A stretch of 64,000 nucleotides of DNA from a virus, in the IMG/VR virus record IMGVR_UViG_3300044949_001773, positions 1 through 64,000 of that record; one strand, 5' to 3'. The notes beneath the pieces are model-generated. The model saw nothing but the letters and a program-made list of their open reading frames with translations. It did not search any database and had not been told where the DNA came from. The stretch's first letter is position 1; the number at the start of each line of letters is the position of its first letter. A program made the position numbers and the translations under genes. Positions 25,912 to 35,856 of the stretch are shown piece after piece.

Positions 25912-26066
25912 TAGCTATTGTTTTTTTGCTGATATTTGCCTTTACAATGTTCTATCAGGGAACATGCATTATAAAAGGTAAAAGGGGTTATTCTATTAGA
26001 GATTATCTTAATCAAGATAGTACCAACATGCGTAAAAGGATAGAAGAATTATTAAAGGACAAATGA
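25887..26066 (+). CDS. Small membrane protein (59 aa)
   Basis: EIIAIVFLLIFAFTMFYQG TM; overlapping chain of small ORFs. Confidence 0.55.
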   Translation: MAGHYPEIIAIVFLLIFAFTMFYQGTCIIKGKRGYSIRDYLNQDSTNMRKRIEELLKDK

Positions 26067-26376
26067 TCGTTTTAACCGAAGAGGATTTAAAAGAACTTCA
26101 AGAAAAAGTATTTAAGCAAAAAATGGTAGAATTATTTGAAGAACCATCTACTTATGAAGACGATTATGATGACGATGACGGACTGGTTGATTTTTATTGA
26201 ATTTGCTTCGCACATGTTGTATATGCTTGTAGCGTTCATGTGTGGAGTAATTATTGGATATATAGTTGGAATTAGAAGTTGAGAAGTATTATGAGTAATC
26301 TAGTATTTTCTACTTTTTGTATTTTTAGCCTAATCGTAATTCTTGTATTCTGGGGACTTCAAAACGCTTATCCACA

Positions 26377-26586
26377 ATGAAAGATTCTAAACATTTATGT
26401 TGGCATTTTGTAATGTCTTCTTTATCAAGAATATATGGAGTTAATAAAGTAAAAAATGAAGAAAAGTTTCATGCCTTCGCTTTAGAATGGTGTGATGAGC
26501 ATAATTATCATTGTAATATACATCTTGACAGTTTATCAAAAGTAGATGTATATTTTAAACAACAATACGAATCTTGGGAGCAATAA
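26377..26586 (+). CDS. Hypothetical protein
   Basis: 69-aa ORF abutting gnd. Confidence 0.6.
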   Translation: MKDSKHLCWHFVMSSLSRIYGVNKVKNEEKFHAFALEWCDEHNYHCNIHLDSLSKVDVYFKQQYESWEQ

Positions 26587-27630
26587 ATGAAGGTAGGATT
26601 AATTGGTTTGGGGAGAATGGGAGAGGGAATGTCTCGTCGTATGATGAGTGCTGGTATTGAAGTTTGGGGTTATAGGAGGAACTATGAAAAAGCACAAGAA
26701 GCATATCAAAACGGATATGTTAATGGCATTACACCTTCTATTCAAAGCCTTGCTCAAGTAGTAAAACATACGCAGAGTGGAGTATCTGACAAATATGGAC
26801 CGGGAATTTTCCAGTTAGTAGTTCCTGCCGAAACAGTGGAGGAGACAATTAATGAGTTACTACGATATTGTGACGAAGGAGATATTATTATTGATCATGG
26901 CAATAGCAATTTTAAAGACAGTCGGAAGAGAGCAGAACGTCTGGCAAAACTTGGCATCCAATATATTGATTGCGGCACTAGCGGTGGTGTTTACGGTTTG
27001 GATCGTGGATACTGTCTTATGGTTGGTGGCGGAAGTACTGCGGTCGCCACTTGTGCGAGTATTTTTGATGCCCTCGCCCCAGGAATCAATGCTGCCTCAA
27101 GGACTCAATTTGACTCAGATGTAACATCCGCAGAGTTTGGGTGGTTACATTGTGGTGGTCCTGGAGCTGGACATTTTGTAAAGATGGTTCATAATGGTAT
27201 TGAGTATGGTATAATGCAGGCATATGCTGAGGGATTTAATATTATTAAAAACGCAAACGCAGGCGCAAAGTATGTCAGAGAAGGAGATGCTGAGGTTGCC
27301 CCAATGGCGGATCCCGAAAGTTATTGCTATGATATTGATGTTTCTGAGATTGCTGAGTTATGGCGTCGCGGTAGTGTTGTTGGTAGTTGGTTACTTGATC
27401 TTACTGCTGATGTGTTACGCCGCGATCCTGAACTTAAACAGTTCTCTGGAGGCGTATCCGATAGTGGTGAGGGTCGCTGGACAGTTACTGCCGCTGTGGA
27501 TTTGGGGGTTCCCGCTCCTGTCATTACCACTGCTCTTTATGAAAGATTTAATTCTCGCGGTTTGGGTGCTTTCGCGTCCAAAGTTCTAAATGGGATGAGA
27601 TTTATGTTTGGGGGTCATCATGTTAGGTAA
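26587..27630 (+). CDS. gnd: 6-phosphogluconate dehydrogenase (decarboxylating, short type)
   Basis: GLIGLGRMG, IDHGNS, DCGTSGG, GAGHFVKMVHNGIEY, DSGEGRW and RFMFGGH. Confidence 0.97.
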   Translation: MKVGLIGLGRMGEGMSRRMMSAGIEVWGYRRNYEKAQEAYQNGYVNGITPSIQSLAQVVKHTQSGVSDKYGPGIFQLVVPAETVEETINELLRYCDEGDIIIDHGNSNFKDSRKRAERLAKLGIQYIDCGTSGGVYGLDRGYCLMVGGGSTAVATCASIFDALAPGINAASRTQFDSDVTSAEFGWLHCGGPGAGHFVKMVHNGIEYGIMQAYAEGFNIIKNANAGAKYVREGDAEVAPMADPESYCYDIDVSEIAELWRRGSVVGSWLLDLTADVLRRDPELKQFSGGVSDSGEGRWTVTAAVDLGVPAPVITTALYERFNSRGLGAFASKVLNGMRFMFGGHHVR

Positions 27631-27739
27631 AATATTGTTGTTGGTTTCAATCCCATTTTCTTTAATAACACTTTACTTTGGAACTCGTTGTGGATATTAT
27701 GATTCTGATGATTACTATGGAAATGGCACATCACACTAA
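27620..27739 (+). CDS. ndhP: NDH-1 small subunit NdhP homolog (39 aa)
   Basis: MLGKILLLVSIPFSLITLYFGTRCGYYDSDDYYGNGTSH matches the NdhP pattern TM + FGTxxGxYDSDxYxGNGxxH. Confidence 0.85.
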   Translation: MLGKILLLVSIPFSLITLYFGTRCGYYDSDDYYGNGTSH

Positions 27740-27857
27740 TTTTATTTTTCAAATAGTAGAATTACTTGCTGCAAATCCATTTTTCCTTTTTCTCTGTGGG
27801 TGTGGGTTGACAATCGTACCATTTGCTGGTATTATGTTTATACATAGAGATAAGTAA
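27723..27857 (+). CDS. Small membrane protein (44 aa)
   Basis: NPFFLFLCGCGLTIVPFAGIMFIH hydrophobic stretch. Confidence 0.55.
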   Translation: MAHHTNFIFQIVELLAANPFFLFLCGCGLTIVPFAGIMFIHRDK

Positions 27858-27929
27858 CGGGGTGTAAGTCAGCGGTAGACGGCTTGCTTTGGGAGCAAGA
27901 AGACACTGGTTCGATCCCAGTCACCCCGA
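27858..27929 (+). tRNA. tRNA-Pro(TGG)
   Basis: cggggtg/caccccg, cttgc-ttTGGga-gcaag, A73. Confidence 0.92.
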
Positions 27930-27944
27930 CTCATAAAATATTTT

Positions 27945-28178
27945 ATGAAAATGAATCAAGAATTAAACGAACTTCAATCATTTACAATAGAAGAATTTCA
28001 ATTAAATTTTGACAATTTAATGAATAGAGTCGAGGAAGGCGAATCATTTATTATTACAAGCAAGGATGGAAATGCTGTAATAGTTCCATATAAAGAAATT
28101 GTTGATATATGCGAAGATGCAAATGTGGATTTTGAAGAAATAATTAAAATCCATACCGATCATGAAGAAGGTTCTTGA
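27945..28178 (+). CDS. Phd/YefM antitoxin-like protein
   Basis: FTIEEFQLNFDNLMNRVEEGESFIITSKDGNAVIVPY matches the Phd/YefM N-terminal pattern. Confidence 0.6.
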   Translation: MKMNQELNELQSFTIEEFQLNFDNLMNRVEEGESFIITSKDGNAVIVPYKEIVDICEDANVDFEEIIKIHTDHEEGS

Positions 28179-28250
28179 GACACTATCAAAATTGTCCACT
28201 TGACATCTTCATATTAACCCCTTATAATACTAAGGTCAACATTTAAAACA

Positions 28251-28466
28251 ATGACACTTACTTCTAAATTCAAAAAAGATATTCAAACCCTTCGTGGTGC
28301 TGCCAATGGTGAATTTTACCTTGATGTGAAAAATCCAAAACTTTTTAAAAAAGTTGTTAGGTACTATGAAAATAATGGAGTAGTATTTTCTGGAGATCCT
28401 GAAGATGATTATGAAATGCTGATTGATTATCTTTATGAAGACTTAGAAATGTCTGAAGTTGCTTGA
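28251..28466 (+). CDS. Conserved cyanophage hypothetical protein
   Basis: LDVKNPKLFKKV.RYYE..GVVFSGDP.DDY; TTGACA-17-TATAAT upstream. Confidence 0.75.
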   Translation: MTLTSKFKKDIQTLRGAANGEFYLDVKNPKLFKKVVRYYENNGVVFSGDPEDDYEMLIDYLYEDLEMSEVA

Positions 28467-28570
28467 TTTAAGACATGGAGAGTCTATAAAAACCCTGGTC
28501 GGAAGCGTTTCCCCTTCTTTAGTCACGGAGAGACTTTAAAAGTACTGGTGGAGTCAAATATGACCCTGTT

Positions 28571-28668
28571 AGGTTTCTTGCCTTTCCTTAAAAGGCAAGT
28601 GGTGCGGATGGAGATTACTCCCGCCGAGTTTCCAATTTTCTCGTAATCAAAATTGGTGGCGAGCCTGA
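28571..28668 (+). ncRNA. wcaG RNA motif
   Basis: Two units: cttgcctt/aaggcaag-TGGTG-cgg and ccaatttt/aaaattgg-TGGCG; upstream of an NAD-dependent epimerase. Confidence 0.75.
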
Positions 28669-28675
28669 GTTACAT

Positions 28676-28705
28676 AAGAGGGGTTTACATGACCCCTCTT
28701 TTTTT
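28676..28705 (+). terminator. Intrinsic terminator
   Basis: aagaggggt..acccctctt plus U tract. Confidence 0.75.
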
Positions 28706-28737
28706 GTATAATATATAATAGGAGTTTAATGTAATCT

Positions 28738-29781
28738 ATGAGTGATTATAAGAAAACAGCACTTGTGCTTGGTGCTGGTGGCTTTATCGGAAGTCATATG
28801 GTAAAAAGACTTCGTTCTGAAGGATATTGGGTACGTGGAGTTGATCTTAAACGTCCTGAATTCTCTGAAACCAAAGCGCATGAATTTATTCAGGGAGACC
28901 TGCGAGACATAAATTTTGTAAGTAAATGTATTAAATATGCTGGACCGTTCAATAACTTCTATACATCTATTGTAGATAAATTTCTTGAACCATTTGATGA
29001 AATCTATCAGTTTGCTGCTGATATGGGAGGAGCTGGATTTGTTTTTACTGGAGATAATGATGCGGATATTATGCATAATTCCGTCACAATTAATCTCAAT
29101 GTATTAGAGTCTCAAAAAAAGTGGAATGATTTTAAAGGCGTAAATAAAACCAAAATTTTCTATTCTGGATCTGCTTGTATGTATCCAGAGTATAATCAAC
29201 TTGACCCGGATAATCCAGATTGTCGTGAAGAATCAGCATATCCCGCAGCACCCGATTCTGAATATGGTTGGGAGAAATTGTTCTCAGAGCGGTTGTTTTT
29301 CGCTTATCATCGTAATTATGGGATCCCTGTTCGGGTTGCTCGGTACCATAATATCTTTGGACCAGAAGGAACTTGGGAAGGTGGTAGAGAAAAAGCACCA
29401 GCAGCAATCTGTCGTAAAGTGGCATATCTTCCCAAAGAGGGCGGAGTGATTGAAGTTTGGGGTGATGGAAAGCAAACAAGATCATTTTTATACATTGATG
29501 AGTGTATAGAGGCTACCCGAAGATTAATGGATAGTGATTTTATTGGTCCAATTAACATTGGATCTGAAGAAATGGTCACTATAAATGAGCTTGTTGATAC
29601 TGCGGCTAAAGTAGCCGGAAAAGAGGTAAAGAAAAATCATATTGATGGACCTCTTGGTGTTCGTGGTCGCAATTCTAATAATGATTTGATTCGTGAAAAA
29701 TTGGGTTGGGATTATTCACAAACACTTGAAGAAGGTATTCTTAAAACTTACAATTGGATTTTGGAGCAAATGAAGAAATGA
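28738..29781 (+). CDS. NAD-dependent nucleotide-sugar epimerase (GDP-mannose 3,5-epimerase-like, WcaG family)
   Basis: GAGGFIG, FAADMGGAG, SACMYP, YGWEK and RYHNIFGP. Confidence 0.93.
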   Translation: MSDYKKTALVLGAGGFIGSHMVKRLRSEGYWVRGVDLKRPEFSETKAHEFIQGDLRDINFVSKCIKYAGPFNNFYTSIVDKFLEPFDEIYQFAADMGGAGFVFTGDNDADIMHNSVTINLNVLESQKKWNDFKGVNKTKIFYSGSACMYPEYNQLDPDNPDCREESAYPAAPDSEYGWEKLFSERLFFAYHRNYGIPVRVARYHNIFGPEGTWEGGREKAPAAICRKVAYLPKEGGVIEVWGDGKQTRSFLYIDECIEATRRLMDSDFIGPINIGSEEMVTINELVDTAAKVAGKEVKKNHIDGPLGVRGRNSNNDLIREKLGWDYSQTLEEGILKTYNWILEQMKK

Positions 29782-30350
29782 CTCAAAAAAAACTTACTTT
29801 TTCTGAAAGATATTTGGAAGGTGGATATAATACTGATAAGTATCAATTGGGATATTATGAACATTTTTATGAAAAGAATTTTAAAAAATATTTGAAGAAG
29901 CCAATTAATATTTTGGAGATTGGAATTAGAGGTGGTGGATCTATTGAAATATGGAGAGATCATTTTCATCCAGATTCAAATGTTTATGGAGGAGAGATTG
30001 AAAACTTTACTCCTATTGAAAACACAACATGTTATAAAATGGACATGTATTCTCAAGAAGCTTTGAATTTGTTTGAAGATTCTTATTTTGATATTGTAAT
30101 TGATGATGGGCCTCATACATATGAATCATTCGTATCTGTAATAACCAAATACTACTCTAAGATTAAAAAAGGAGGAATTCTAGTCGTTGAAGATGTGATT
30201 GATACCGCTTGGGTAGATCCTTTAATTTCTTTGTCTAACTCTATAGGATATTCTAAATCCGAATATTTTAATATGTCTGGTAAACAGAAATATCAAGATT
30301 TGTTGGATCGTTGGAAAGATGGATTATATATTTTAAAACTTACTAAGTAA
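29778..30350 (+). CDS. Class I SAM-dependent methyltransferase
   Basis: ILEIGIRGGGS, FDIVIDDGPH and GGILVVED. Confidence 0.85.
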   Translation: MTQKKLTFSERYLEGGYNTDKYQLGYYEHFYEKNFKKYLKKPINILEIGIRGGGSIEIWRDHFHPDSNVYGGEIENFTPIENTTCYKMDMYSQEALNLFEDSYFDIVIDDGPHTYESFVSVITKYYSKIKKGGILVVEDVIDTAWVDPLISLSNSIGYSKSEYFNMSGKQKYQDLLDRWKDGLYILKLTK

Positions 30351-30351
30351 T

Positions 30352-30945
30352 ATGGCACACAGTACTCAACAAGATTTTATCTCATATGTTAGGGGTAAGT
30401 TTCCCGATTTCTTTAAGAATAAAAAAGTTTTGGAAGTTGGAAGTCTGGATATTAATGGCAGCATGAGATCATTTTTTTCTGAATGTGAATATATTGGTAT
30501 AGATGTTGGTGAGGGAAATGGTGTAGATGTAGTTTGCCAAGGTCAAGAATATGATGCTCCCGATCAATCTTTTGATGTATGTGCATCTGGAGAATGTTTT
30601 GAGCATAATCCATATTGGGCAGAGACGTTTTCAAATATGGTGAGGATGTGTAAGTCTGGTGGATTAGTATTTTTTACATGCGCAACAACTGGGAGAAAAG
30701 AGCATGGTACTACTAAATCTGATGTGGAATCATCTCCATTGACTGTAGAAATTGGGTGGGATTATTATAGGAACCTTGATGAAAATGATTTTAGATACTC
30801 TTTTGAAGAATCTTTTGACGATATATTTGAAGAGTATGAATTTCATAGCACAGAAGATTATGATAATCCCACTGAGTTTATTAAAAATATGAGAACTTAT
30901 ATTACTCCTTGCGAAGACCTTTATTTTTGGGGAATTAAAAAATGA
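30352..30945 (+). CDS. Class I SAM-dependent methyltransferase
   Basis: VLEVGSLDING, GIDV, ECFEHNPYW and KSGG. Confidence 0.85.
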   Translation: MAHSTQQDFISYVRGKFPDFFKNKKVLEVGSLDINGSMRSFFSECEYIGIDVGEGNGVDVVCQGQEYDAPDQSFDVCASGECFEHNPYWAETFSNMVRMCKSGGLVFFTCATTGRKEHGTTKSDVESSPLTVEIGWDYYRNLDENDFRYSFEESFDDIFEEYEFHSTEDYDNPTEFIKNMRTYITPCEDLYFWGIKK

Positions 30946-30963
30946 ACTTACAAAATAACAAAA

Positions 30964-31911
30964 ATGAACTTAATTGATGGAGTAAAAATTTCTGATCTTT
31001 GTGATTATTCTTTTGGAGATCAGTCTGGTAAATTTGGAAATGTTTTTGGCCATTTTATGAAATCGGCAAATCTTTTAAATTTAGAATTTGTTGAAAAGGT
31101 TTTATTGAATAATAAAAAGTATATGACACTTTTTATTGATAATATACGATTGTATAAAAGAGATATAGAAAAAGTAAAACCAGAAGATAAATCATATGTC
31201 AACTCTTTAATGGAGAAAAATGATCTCTTAAGTTTATGTTCTAATTTTCCCAATACTAACTTTATTATCTTTACAAATTTAGAAGATACTCCAATTGATG
31301 AGTTTATTTTTGAAAAAATACCAGAGAATGTATTGAGTATTAATGCAGTAAATGCTTTAAGCTTTGGTGGAAAAGTGAATCCAATTCCTTATGGTCTTCA
31401 AAGAAAGTTGAATCATAGTGACAACAGAAGCGAAATTCTTTTAGAATTTATGTCTCATAATAATTGCCAGATAGAACAACTTCTTTATGTAAATCATAGC
31501 GTTAATACAAATGTTGAAGAAAGGTCTGGGATAAATGAATTATTTTTGGACAAGTCTTGGGCAGAGGTTGAAGTTAAATCAGTCAATTATATTGAATATC
31601 TTTCTTCATTAGAAAAATCTAAATTTATGATATGTCCGATGGGGAATGCTGTAGATTGTCATCGTAATTGGGAATGTCTTTATATGAAAAGAGTTCCTGT
31701 TATGAGAAAAAATGAATATTTGGAATATCTTATGAAAGACTATCCTGTTCTTTTTGTAAATGATTATTCAGAAATTACTGAAGAACTTTTGATTTCAAAC
31801 GAACATCTTTTCGATGAAATTCAAGAATTTGATCTTAATAAATTGGACGTACTTAATTTTTATGATAGAATAGTTAAAAATACAATCAAAAATAATGATA
31901 AATCTGCCTGA
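30964..31911 (+). CDS. Exostosin/GT47-like glycosyltransferase
   Basis: SKFMICPMGNAVDCHRNWECL..VPV C-terminal motif. Confidence 0.7.
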   Translation: MNLIDGVKISDLCDYSFGDQSGKFGNVFGHFMKSANLLNLEFVEKVLLNNKKYMTLFIDNIRLYKRDIEKVKPEDKSYVNSLMEKNDLLSLCSNFPNTNFIIFTNLEDTPIDEFIFEKIPENVLSINAVNALSFGGKVNPIPYGLQRKLNHSDNRSEILLEFMSHNNCQIEQLLYVNHSVNTNVEERSGINELFLDKSWAEVEVKSVNYIEYLSSLEKSKFMICPMGNAVDCHRNWECLYMKRVPVMRKNEYLEYLMKDYPVLFVNDYSEITEELLISNEHLFDEIQEFDLNKLDVLNFYDRIVKNTIKNNDKSA

Positions 31912-32569
31912 TATAACTCTTATTTGCATTTCTTCAGTAAATCTTCCTCAAACCTATTTTGCTTTTCGCAAAAGTGTTAAAGGTATTAATTTCGGTGCGG
32001 TAAAATTAGTTACTCATGAAAAGCCAAATGATTTGCCAGATTTTATTGAATACTCTGAAGGATACAAAATTAATAATATTAACGAGTACAGTTATTATTG
32101 TATTTACAATTTAACAAATCATGTTGATACTTCCCATTGTTTATTAATACAAGCTGATGGATTTGTCATTAATCCTGAAAAATGGGATAATTCCTGGTTA
32201 GATTATGATTATATTGGAGCACCTTGGGAATATACTGAAAATGCTTATGTTGATCCTTTTGGCAATCATCAAAGAGTTGGAAATGGTGGATTTAGTTTAA
32301 GAAGCAAAAAATTACTGGATGTTCCTAAAAATGAATATGTGGAATGGAACGTTAATCAAGGTGATTTTTACAAGCACATGAACGCGAATAATTTCGCAGA
32401 AGATGGAAATATCTGTGTTCACAATAGGCATATATACGAAAGATGTGGATGTAAATTTGCTCCAATAGAAGTTGCGGCCAAATTTGCTCACGAAAAACCT
32501 ATCAAAGAAACTGAGGGAATAGTCCCCTTTGGATTTCATTATCATTTACCAAAAAATACAAAATTATGA
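31895..32569 (+). CDS. DUF5672-type putative glycosyltransferase
   Basis: IQADG, YDYIGAPW, VGNGGFSLRS, AED and PFGFH. Confidence 0.8.
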   Translation: MINLPDITLICISSVNLPQTYFAFRKSVKGINFGAVKLVTHEKPNDLPDFIEYSEGYKINNINEYSYYCIYNLTNHVDTSHCLLIQADGFVINPEKWDNSWLDYDYIGAPWEYTENAYVDPFGNHQRVGNGGFSLRSKKLLDVPKNEYVEWNVNQGDFYKHMNANNFAEDGNICVHNRHIYERCGCKFAPIEVAAKFAHEKPIKETEGIVPFGFHYHLPKNTKL

Positions 32570-33354
32570 TTGGATTTAATCACATTGGTCGTCATGGACG
32601 GCTTGGAAATCAAATGTTTCAATATGCGGCACTTAGGGGAATTTCGGAATTAAAGGGATATGAGTTCTGTATTCCAGAGTCTAATTTTAAAAATGAATGG
32701 GAAGATCATCAATTATTTGAGGCATTTACTCTTAATAATTTAAAAAACAAAAAATTTCTATCGGCCAATTATTATCAAGAAAAGCAATTTAATTATTCTC
32801 AAGAATATATTGATGAGTGTCCTGATAATGTAAATTTATTTGGGTATTTTCAAACTGAAAAATACTTTTCGCATATTTCAGATAGTATTCGTGAAGATTT
32901 TACATTTAAAGATGAAATTTTAAATCCTTGTAAAGAAGCTTTTGATTTTGATCAAGTAATTTCTTTACATGTCAGACGAACTGATTATATTGAAAAATCG
33001 GATGATCATCCATTATGTCCAATGAAATATTATGAAAAAGCACTATCTGAATTTGATCAAACTCTTCCGGTTCTTATTTTTTCAGATGATGTTGAATGGT
33101 GTAAAAATCAAGAAATTTTTAAACCGGATAGATTTATGATTTCGGAATCTGGTTGGAACTTGGTTGATATGTGCTTAATGTCAATGTGTACTCATCATAT
33201 TATTGCAAATTCTTCGTTCTCTTGGTGGGGAGCTTGGTTATCTGGATCAAACGATGTCATTGCCCCTTCAAAATGGTTTGGTGATTCTGGATATACTTCA
33301 ACTCATAATACTGATGATATTGTACCTGAACGGTGGAGAAAAATAAATGTTTGA
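32566..33354 (+). CDS. Alpha-1,2-fucosyltransferase (GT11)
   Basis: GRLGNQMFQYA, GYFQTEKYF, HVRRTDY and IIANSSFSWWGAWL. Confidence 0.92.
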   Translation: MIGFNHIGRHGRLGNQMFQYAALRGISELKGYEFCIPESNFKNEWEDHQLFEAFTLNNLKNKKFLSANYYQEKQFNYSQEYIDECPDNVNLFGYFQTEKYFSHISDSIREDFTFKDEILNPCKEAFDFDQVISLHVRRTDYIEKSDDHPLCPMKYYEKALSEFDQTLPVLIFSDDVEWCKNQEIFKPDRFMISESGWNLVDMCLMSMCTHHIIANSSFSWWGAWLSGSNDVIAPSKWFGDSGYTSTHNTDDIVPERWRKINV

Positions 33355-35038
33355 TATATCAATTGCTATACCGACATATGATAGGGGAAAAAATGGTGTT
33401 TTATGGCTCAGAGAGCTTTTTGATTCTTTGAAAACACAATCATTTAAAAATTTTGATATTTGTGTTTCTGATCAAAGTAAAAATGATCTTAATTTAAATA
33501 TTTGCTTAGAATATCTACATGAATTGAATATTAAACATGTATACAATAATGAGTCTGGAATTTGTAATAATATTAATAACGCAATAAAAAATTGTTCTTC
33601 AAAAATAGTTAAAATATTATTCTCTGATGACTTTATATTTGATGAAAATTATCTTGAATCTGTATTAAATGAATTTAAAAATACAAACAAACGCTGGTTA
33701 GTTTCTGCTTGTAATCATACTGATGGAATTAATCATTATCGAGATTTTTATCCAAAATGGAATGAAAATATTATTATCAATAACACCTATAGTTCTCCAT
33801 CCTCAATTTCTGTGGTCAAAGAATACTTTGAAGAATTTGATAATAATTTGAAAATGCTATTGGATACTGATTTTTATTATAGGATGTACCATATTCATGG
33901 AGAACCAATTTATTTAAATGCGGTAAAAGTTTCAAATAGAGAGCATGATCAAAGAATAAGTTCGGTTATGCAGTCTAGCGATGATTATCAAGAAGTATTA
34001 AAAAAAGAAATAGAGTATTGTTATACAAAGAATCAAAAAATTTATTTTGAGTATCTTAAAAACCAGTCTAAGATATCTGAGTATTATCTAAACTATAAAA
34101 TTGATAGATGTGGTCCTCCTTGGTTTGGTGCTTGTATTTCTTGGATAACTGCCATGTATTCTTTAGCTCTTATTAATGGAGCAAAATTTTATATGGCAGA
34201 TAATGATAATTGGAGAATGGTTTCTGAATCTGAACCTCATAGGAATTGGCACAACTATTTTGAGTCATTTGAACTTTCTGAATGGAAAGAATCTGAAAAT
34301 GATTTGGGTACTGGTCAATATTCTATTAGATTTGAAGATAAGCTTTTTAAACAGCTTGGAAGAAAAACGGAAAGTGGTAAAGAAGATCAAACTATTATCG
34401 GAAATCCTCTGACATTTTGTCCTGAAGAATTTTCTAATCCAAATTTAACTCCAGAGCAAAATCTTTCTTTGTTCAAATCTTACTGCCTCAAAGAAGTGTA
34501 TAAGCCAAAAAAAGAATATATTGGATTATCTGATCAACTATTGAATGGAATTGGGGATTATATCTCGGTACATATTAGGAGAGGAGATAAAGTTAAAACA
34601 TATTTAAAAGAGGGTAACTTTATACCAACCTCAGTATATTTTGATAGCTGCGTTTCTATATCGGAAAATACGGAAATCAAAAATATTTTTGTCTGTTCCG
34701 ATTCTGATGAAGCAATTCAAGAATTTATAGAATGTAACCAATCTAGTGGATCTTGGTTTAATATTATGTATGATAAAAATGAATCAAGGCATGATGGTTA
34801 TCCGTATAAAATATTGATGGGCGAAATAAGTGAATGTGAAAATTCTAAAAATGAAATGATAACCGCATTTAAAAATATTGAAATATTAACAAAATCTTCG
34901 TATATGGTCGGAACTCCTTCTTCTTGGTTTTTTAGAATTGCTCAACTTCTTAGAATTTCTCCCTATAATGTACATGGAAATTGTATCAATGTGGAAGAAG
35001 GAAAAGAAACTTATTTGCCAACATTTTATCATTGCTGA
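33347..35038 (+). CDS. GT2 glycosyltransferase fused to a fucosyltransferase-like (GT23/NodZ-type) domain
   Basis: N-terminal SIAIPTY..VSDQS..LFSDD; C-terminal SVHIRRGDK, FVCSD and VGTPSS. Confidence 0.75.
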   Translation: MFDISIAIPTYDRGKNGVLWLRELFDSLKTQSFKNFDICVSDQSKNDLNLNICLEYLHELNIKHVYNNESGICNNINNAIKNCSSKIVKILFSDDFIFDENYLESVLNEFKNTNKRWLVSACNHTDGINHYRDFYPKWNENIIINNTYSSPSSISVVKEYFEEFDNNLKMLLDTDFYYRMYHIHGEPIYLNAVKVSNREHDQRISSVMQSSDDYQEVLKKEIEYCYTKNQKIYFEYLKNQSKISEYYLNYKIDRCGPPWFGACISWITAMYSLALINGAKFYMADNDNWRMVSESEPHRNWHNYFESFELSEWKESENDLGTGQYSIRFEDKLFKQLGRKTESGKEDQTIIGNPLTFCPEEFSNPNLTPEQNLSLFKSYCLKEVYKPKKEYIGLSDQLLNGIGDYISVHIRRGDKVKTYLKEGNFIPTSVYFDSCVSISENTEIKNIFVCSDSDEAIQEFIECNQSSGSWFNIMYDKNESRHDGYPYKILMGEISECENSKNEMITAFKNIEILTKSSYMVGTPSSWFFRIAQLLRISPYNVHGNCINVEEGKETYLPTFYHC

Positions 35039-35040
35039 TT

Positions 35041-35856
35041 ATGATAGATTTAACTAATTCCACTTTTATAATCCCTATAAGAATAGAAAGTGACGATAGG
35101 CTAAGAAATGTAATAACTACTTTATGCTATTTGCTATCAAATTTTAATACAAATATTATTATTAAAGAGGTTGATAGTAAATCTATATTTTTAGATTCTG
35201 CTCTCCCTCAGATAGAAGAATTTTGTGAAAGGAAAATTGATATTAATCATATTTTTGAAAAATCTGATGATCCTTCATTTCATAGACAAAGGGTCTTAAA
35301 TGATATGCTTATGGAAGTTGAAACTGATATTGTGATCAATTATGATTGTGATATATTACTTCCTAAAAAATCGTACATAGACGCTTACGATATGATTTCA
35401 TCTGGTAATTTTGATTTAGTGTATCCTTATGGAGATGGGATTTATCAAAAACAAATTTTTGCTACCGATGAATTGGTATCTGACTTTTTAAATAACGATT
35501 TTGATTTTAATATTCTGGAAAAAAGATCAAAGGATTATGATGCCAAATATGGATTCTGTCAGTTCTTTAATAAACGGGTTTACATTGATGGCGGCATGGA
35601 GAATGAAAATTTTGTAGCATACGCTCCAGAAGACGTTGAAAGATACTATAGATTTGATAAGTTGGGATATTCTATAGGTAGAATTGACTCAACAGTTTAT
35701 CATTTAGAGCATGTAAGAACTCATAATTCTTGGTTTAATAATCCATTTATGCAATCTAATAATGAAGAATGGGATATAATTCAAAAGATGGATTCTGATA
35801 CTTTAAGAAATTATATTTTAAACCTACCATATTATAGGAGAAGAATATATGGATAA
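35041..35856 (+). CDS. Glycosyltransferase (GT7 C-terminal-like)
   Basis: YDCD, GGMENENF..ED and YHLEH. Confidence 0.75.
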   Translation: MIDLTNSTFIIPIRIESDDRLRNVITTLCYLLSNFNTNIIIKEVDSKSIFLDSALPQIEEFCERKIDINHIFEKSDDPSFHRQRVLNDMLMEVETDIVINYDCDILLPKKSYIDAYDMISSGNFDLVYPYGDGIYQKQIFATDELVSDFLNNDFDFNILEKRSKDYDAKYGFCQFFNKRVYIDGGMENENFVAYAPEDVERYYRFDKLGYSIGRIDSTVYHLEHVRTHNSWFNNPFMQSNNEEWDIIQKMDSDTLRNYILNLPYYRRRIYG

